A stretch of 32,000 nt of DNA, taken from NCBI RefSeq assembly GCF_001306055.1, contig NZ_LGHJ01000010.1, forward strand, positions 30,001 to 62,000, written 5' to 3'. A program made the position numbers and the translations under genes. A model generated the notes under the pieces. The model was not told the origin of the DNA and did no database searches. It was given only the letters and a program-made list of their open reading frames with translations. Shown in pieces: positions 27,725 through 32,000 of the stretch (its first letter is position 1; every line of letters begins with the position of its first letter). Origin of the DNA: Bellilinea caldifistulae. Its GTDB lineage: Bacteria; Chloroflexota; Anaerolineae; Anaerolineales; Anaerolineaceae.

Positions 27725-28954
27725 TCAAGCACGGCCAGCCAGCGCCCGTAGAAAAACCTTGAGACTGAAGGGCTGACCGGAAAGCAGGTTTTGAGCGCGG
27801 AACATGCCCGAAACCAGCCGGACGATTAAAATCGCTGTCAGGGCTTGCAGGAGGGCAGCCAGTCCCAGCTGCCAGAAGGGTACCGGCGTTGCGGCAAGGC
27901 GGGTCATCATGGCAACCGGTGAGGTGAGCGGGAACAGGCTCATGATCAGCGCGATGGTCGAATCAGGACGGTTAATCAGCAGCGAGATAAACATGAGCGG
28001 GATAATCAAAGGCAGGATGACCAGAAAAGTGGCCTGAGATGCCTCACGTAAATTGGGTACCAATGCGCCAATGCCTGCCATGAGCGCGGCGAAAATGGTG
28101 TAACCCAGAATGAAGTAGAGGACGCCCCATACCACGATGGTGGGTGGAATTTCGACGCCCTGGAGGGCTGTAAACGTTCTTCCGCTGAATTGAAGCAGGA
28201 ATAGTGCCGAAACCAGCCAGACTACCATCTGGAGCAAACCAACCAGTCCCAGGCCGATGATTTTGCCGGTCATCATCTGCGTGGGGGTTACTGAGGTCAG
28301 GAGGATTTCCATGACGCGGTTCTGCTTTTCGGTGGTGATGTTGCTCAGCAGGAGCGAGGCGGAACCGAGGATGAAAATGTAAAAGAAGAGAGTGATCCCG
28401 TAAGGGACGAAAAAGGTAAGCATCTCGTTCTGATTGCTGGGCGGTTTTTCAGCGGCAATGAATTCTACGCTCAGGTTGAGCGGCTGAACAACCCGATCGA
28501 GCAGTTGGGGCTGATCCTTGAGCAGGTTGTACTCGATCAACCAGTCCACCGGATAGGCGCTGCCAGTGTCTTCCAGCAGGTTGATTTGTTGGGCGTACAT
28601 TTCAATTTTGCCGGTCTGAAGGTAATCCGGGGAGATGACATAGAAAACCGAAATTTCACCCTCTCTTAGAGCTTGCAGTCCAGATTCCTGATCGGGATAG
28701 GCTTGAACGATATCTCCTAATTGTTCGGGTACATCCTGAATGATACCGCTGTGATCTATAAAACCCTTAAGAGATGGCCTTTCGGGAATCAGCAGGCTGG
28801 TTACATCCGGGCTGGGGTTATTCCGCTGAAGAATGCCCACCACAAACAGGATGATAAAACCGACCAGCGGCACTACAATCAGCGTTATGATGAATGAACG
28901 ACTGCGGACAATTGTTTCGACTTCGTGTGACAGGACAAGCCAGGTTTTATTCAT
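27725..28954 (-). CDS. ABC-2 type transporter permease (NatB-like, 409 aa)
   Basis: An N-terminal TM helix and a roughly 150-aa extracytoplasmic domain are followed by six C-terminal helices. It is a paralogue of the upstream permease. Confidence 0.85.
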   Translation of the reverse strand: MNKTWLVLSHEVETIVRSRSFIITLIVVPLVGFIILFVVGILQRNNPSPDVTSLLIPERPSLKGFIDHSGIIQDVPEQLGDIVQAYPDQESGLQALREGEISVFYVISPDYLQTGKIEMYAQQINLLEDTGSAYPVDWLIEYNLLKDQPQLLDRVVQPLNLSVEFIAAEKPPSNQNEMLTFFVPYGITLFFYIFILGSASLLLSNITTEKQNRVMEILLTSVTPTQMMTGKIIGLGLVGLLQMVVWLVSALFLLQFSGRTFTALQGVEIPPTIVVWGVLYFILGYTIFAALMAGIGALVPNLREASQATFLVILPLIIPLMFISLLINRPDSTIALIMSLFPLTSPVAMMTRLAATPVPFWQLGLAALLQALTAILIVRLVSGMFRAQNLLSGQPFSLKVFLRALAGRA

Positions 28955-28972
28955 TGATAATACCTCAACAGG

Positions 28973-30175
28973 TTAGCGCGGACGCAGGATTTCTGCCAGG
29001 GTGAGCTTTTTGCCGTAGCGGAGCATTCCCAGACGGAATGCCCGGCTTGCCAGCCAGATTGATGCTGCCGCAGCAAGGATCAATATGCCAATTGAAAGTC
29101 CAACTTGCCAGGCAGGCAAATTGGTTAACATCGAGCGCAGTGGCAGGGTCATGGGGGCGGTGAAAGGGAAAAAACTGAAGCCGATTGCCAGAGGGCCGTT
29201 GGGGTTTTCCATGATGGCAGCAATAAACCAGAAGGGGATGGCAATCGGTAAACTGAACAGGCCGGCAATCTGCTGAGCCTCGCGCGATTCGGTGGCGGTT
29301 GAGCCAACCATCGTCATCAAAGCGGCAATCATCACGAATGCAGGCAGGAAAGTCAACGCCATCAAACTGAAAAAGGAAAACCCGATACCCACGTCCCTCA
29401 GGTCGGGAAATGCGCGCAAGGCAAAGAGCGCCGCAACACCGGCCATGAGCAGCCAAAACAACAATTGGGTCAGACCGACGCTCAAATTTCCGAAAATTTT
29501 TCCGGCCATGAATTGGTCGGTGGAAAGCGAAGTCAAAACGACTTCCATGGTGCGGTTTTCCTTTTCCTCCACCACGGCCTGAAGCAAATAACCACCGCTG
29601 GTGTTGACTGCCAGCATGAAGATCACACCCGAGAAAATTGCAATCAGAAAACCGAACGGATTGCGGCTGTTGAATTGCTGGTCGCTGTCAAAGGTTCGCA
29701 GGACCAGTTCAGGACCTTCCAGAATGCGGGTACGGATGGTGGGGTTTTCGTTTTTCAACAGATGTGCCAGTAAATATTCTGAAAAGTCTCGGTGAATATC
29801 TGAATCAACTGAATCTTGGGCGATCATCTTGACGTTGCCGGTCGCATAATAATCTGGCTGGATGATATAGAAAGCCTGAATTTCCCCATCATCCAGGGCA
29901 TTACGTGCTTCTGTCTCGTTTGCAAAAGGCACGATCTTAACATGCGTCACGAAGAGACCGGAACGTTTGGCAGGTTGGGGTTGGGCATCCTTAAATAAGC
30001 CGGACTGATCAATAAACCCCACCGGGCGGTTATCTTCACTCAAAGCGGCTGCCAGTATACTGACTCCCATGATAACCGCCATAAAAAGCGGGATGGAAAT
30101 CAAACCGAGGATAAACCTTTTCCGCTTGACGTGCCGCAAGTACTCGTGGCTGAACACAATCCAGAATTTGTTCAT
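28973..30175 (-). CDS. ABC-2 type transporter permease (NatB-like, 400 aa)
   Basis: It has the same architecture as 27725..28954. Its ATG overlaps the ATPase stop codon as ATGA. Confidence 0.85.
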   Translation of the reverse strand: MNKFWIVFSHEYLRHVKRKRFILGLISIPLFMAVIMGVSILAAALSEDNRPVGFIDQSGLFKDAQPQPAKRSGLFVTHVKIVPFANETEARNALDDGEIQAFYIIQPDYYATGNVKMIAQDSVDSDIHRDFSEYLLAHLLKNENPTIRTRILEGPELVLRTFDSDQQFNSRNPFGFLIAIFSGVIFMLAVNTSGGYLLQAVVEEKENRTMEVVLTSLSTDQFMAGKIFGNLSVGLTQLLFWLLMAGVAALFALRAFPDLRDVGIGFSFFSLMALTFLPAFVMIAALMTMVGSTATESREAQQIAGLFSLPIAIPFWFIAAIMENPNGPLAIGFSFFPFTAPMTLPLRSMLTNLPAWQVGLSIGILILAAAASIWLASRAFRLGMLRYGKKLTLAEILRPR

Positions 30176-31077
30176 GAGACCTCTCCGCGGGATGTAACCA
30201 CCTGAATGAAGATTTCATCCAGTGTAGGCAAAGCCACCTCAAATCGTTCGAGGGGGATACCCTGTTCCACCAGATTTTTCAGGATCGCCTGAGGGGTCGT
30301 TTGATCCGCCAGATGCAGGATGTAACCGGAGTTATCGCGATCAATCCGGCTAACGCCGGGAATCTGGGCTGGTAATTCGTTCAAAGGATGAACAATAACT
30401 TCCTGACCGGAGTACTGGCGGCGAATGTCGCTCAGTTTTCCATACAGCATCACCTTCCCGTGGTTAATCAACACCAATCGGTCGCACAATTCCTCGACCT
30501 GATGCATCTGATGCGTACACATCACAATCGTTTTACCTTTATCCCGTTCTTCGCGGAGCAAGTCCTTGACCATTTGGGTGTTGACCGGGTCAAGTGCGCT
30601 GAAGGGCTCATCAATAATGACCAATTGAGGATCATGGACGAGGGTGATAATCAATTGGGCTTTTTGCTGCATCCCTTTGCTCAGCTCTTTGACCTTCTTT
30701 TTGCGGTGATCATACAGGTCAAAGCGTTTCATCATTTGTTCGACGCGTGCAGCAGCCTCAGCCGGTTTTAACCCCTTCAAACGGGCCAGATAATTCAGGC
30801 AAACTTCCAAAGTGATGTCCTGATACAATCCTCGTTCTTCGGGTAAGTAACCGATCTGGTTTTTCTTTTCATCGGTCATCTTCCCACCGAGGATTTCAAC
30901 CTCGCCACTATCCGGTTTGAAAATATCCAGAATAATGCGAATGCTGGTAGTCTTACCAGCGCCGTTTGGACCCAGCAGACCAAAAATTTCACCGGGTTCG
31001 ACTTCAAAAGAAACCCGATCAACTGCCTGTTGATTTCCAAAGCGTTTGCTGATTTGATTTACTTTGATTGAAGACAT
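30172..31077 (-). CDS. ABC transporter ATP-binding protein (NatA/ABC-2 subfamily, with C-terminal accessory domain)
   Basis: It has Walker A GPNGAGKTT, the signature LSKGMQQK, Walker B VIIDEPFSALD and the H-loop THQMHQ. Confidence 0.93.
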   Translation of the reverse strand: MSSIKVNQISKRFGNQQAVDRVSFEVEPGEIFGLLGPNGAGKTTSIRIILDIFKPDSGEVEILGGKMTDEKKNQIGYLPEERGLYQDITLEVCLNYLARLKGLKPAEAAARVEQMMKRFDLYDHRKKKVKELSKGMQQKAQLIITLVHDPQLVIIDEPFSALDPVNTQMVKDLLREERDKGKTIVMCTHQMHQVEELCDRLVLINHGKVMLYGKLSDIRRQYSGQEVIVHPLNELPAQIPGVSRIDRDNSGYILHLADQTTPQAILKNLVEQGIPLERFEVALPTLDEIFIQVVTSRGEVS

Positions 31078-31166
31078 AAGATTTCCGCCTTATTGGAATT
31101 CGTGCACAATTTATTTACGTAAAAAATTGAAGCGCAGTTGCGCCAAAACAAGGTGAAGCGGAATAA

Positions 31167-31175
31167 ATTATAACA
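31167..31175 (-). promoter_or_regulatory. extended -10 promoter (TGTTATAAT on the minus strand) for the ABC-2 transporter operon
   Basis: The forward attataaca at 31167-31175 is the same 9-mer as in the rho promoter. It lies about 90 nt upstream of the ATG at 31077. Confidence 0.45.
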
Positions 31176-31180
31176 AATCA

Positions 31181-31220
31181 AAAAAGGCAAACCACCTGTG
31201 AGCGGTGTTTTGCCTTTTTT
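31181..31220 (-). terminator. rho-independent terminator downstream of the BPD_transp_2 permease gene (symmetric, potentially bidirectional)
   Basis: aaaaaggcaaaccacc-tgtgagc-ggtgttttgcctttttt forms a roughly 14-bp stem with one mismatch, flanked by an A-run and a T-run. On the minus strand the stem is followed by TTTTTTGATTT. Confidence 0.75.
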
Positions 31221-31244
31221 AAACCGAGCTCCACCGAGTGGATT

Positions 31245-32000
31245 TTATTCCTTTTCGTACGGGATGCCGTCGGCAGCCGGCACATGACCCTTGCCGATGA
31301 CGCCAGCCAGCACAATCATTGTGGCAATGTAGGGCAGCATCAAAAGAAATTGAGAGGGGATGGTGATGCCAAGAATGGCCATGCGGGAAGCAAGCCCATC
31401 GGCGAAGCCGAACAGCAGGCCGGCAGCAAATCCGCCTGTGGGAATCCAGTTGCCAAAGATCATGGCTGCCAGACCGATAAAGCCGCGGCCGGCGGTCATT
31501 ACCTCATCAAAGCGGCCGGCGGAACCCAGCGTAAAGTAAGCACCGGCGAAGCCAGCCATCATGCCGCCCAAAATAACGGAGGTGTAACGGGTTTTGAAGA
31601 CATCAATACCGAGTGTATCTGCGGCTTTGGGATGTTCACCAACTGCCCGAACCCGTAATCCCCAACGGGTTTGAAAGAGGGCAATTTGCAAAATGATGAT
31701 AAAGATGAACATGGCAAAGACGAACAGATTGTTGACGAAAAAGATTTCGCCGATGACGGGAATATCTGCCAGCAGCGGAATGGCAATTGCCCCGAATGTG
31801 GGGGGATTGTTCAAGGCCGGATAAACCTGCATAAATTTTGCCGAGATGTAGGAGGTTAAACCGGTGGCAAATATGTTGATGACCGTACCTGAGATAATCT
31901 GGTTGGTTTTGTACTTAATCGAGAAAACACCATGTACCCATGCCAGTAAAGCGCCGGTGAGTACGGCGCAAAGCAAGCCGACCCACGCATTTTGAGTAAG
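31245..32000 (-). CDS. ABC transporter permease, BPD_transp_2 family (nucleoside/simple-sugar, YufQ/NupQ-like), C-terminal part (5' end outside the window)
   Basis: The frame is open to the window edge. The sequence WGLRVRAVGEHPKAADTLGIDV...GGMMAGFAGAY...GNW is typical of BMP-family/CUT2-type permeases. Confidence 0.8.
   Translation of the reverse strand, partial: LTQNAWVGLLCAVLTGALLAWVHGVFSIKYKTNQIISGTVINIFATGLTSYISAKFMQVYPALNNPPTFGAIAIPLLADIPVIGEIFFVNNLFVFAMFIFIIILQIALFQTRWGLRVRAVGEHPKAADTLGIDVFKTRYTSVILGGMMAGFAGAYFTLGSAGRFDEVMTAGRGFIGLAAMIFGNWIPTGGFAAGLLFGFADGLASRMAILGITIPSQFLLMLPYIATMIVLAGVIGKGHVPAADGIPYEKE

Overview
This is a moderately GC-rich, very densely packed bacterial chromosome segment. 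It holds about 27 protein genes, four of which sit in convergent pairs with only 3-12 nt between stop codons. I found no rRNA or tRNA genes, no CRISPR array, and no transposase, integrase or phage genes.

The content is mostly housekeeping: gyrB, plsY, uvrC, selD, priA and rho. The window also has a polar-amino-acid ABC importer (lipoprotein binding protein, permease, ATPase) and an ABC-2 type transporter (ATPase plus two paralogous permeases). Single enzymes include a GH13 alpha-glucosidase, an Ldh2-family dehydrogenase, a gamma-glutamyltransferase-family protein and an MBL-fold hydrolase. Other products are an SPFH/prohibitin protein, a Memo-like (AmmeMemoRadiSam B) protein, a LysM-M23 peptidase, a JAMM/MPN+ metalloprotease, three uncharacterised polytopic membrane proteins and a 976-aa beta-helix surface protein. 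Pro/Thr-rich linkers in the exported proteins and the overall gene content suggest a Chloroflexota (Anaerolineae-like) genome, but that is only a guess.

I do not see a convincing novel multi-gene system such as a defence island, biosynthetic cluster or mobile element. This looks like an ordinary core region. The points most worth a second look are:
- selD is a selenoprotein. An in-frame UGA makes the ORF track truncate it and leaves a false 'gap'.
- rho has a structured, roughly 150-nt leader with mutually exclusive pairings.
- Several genes lack a Shine-Dalgarno sequence and have a -10 box 6-9 nt from the start codon, so they may be leaderless.
- An orphan JAMM protease abuts a polytopic membrane protein gene.
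- The large surface protein carries a 48-bp tandem duplication and a recurring [DE]GYP motif, which also occurs in an unrelated lipoprotein.
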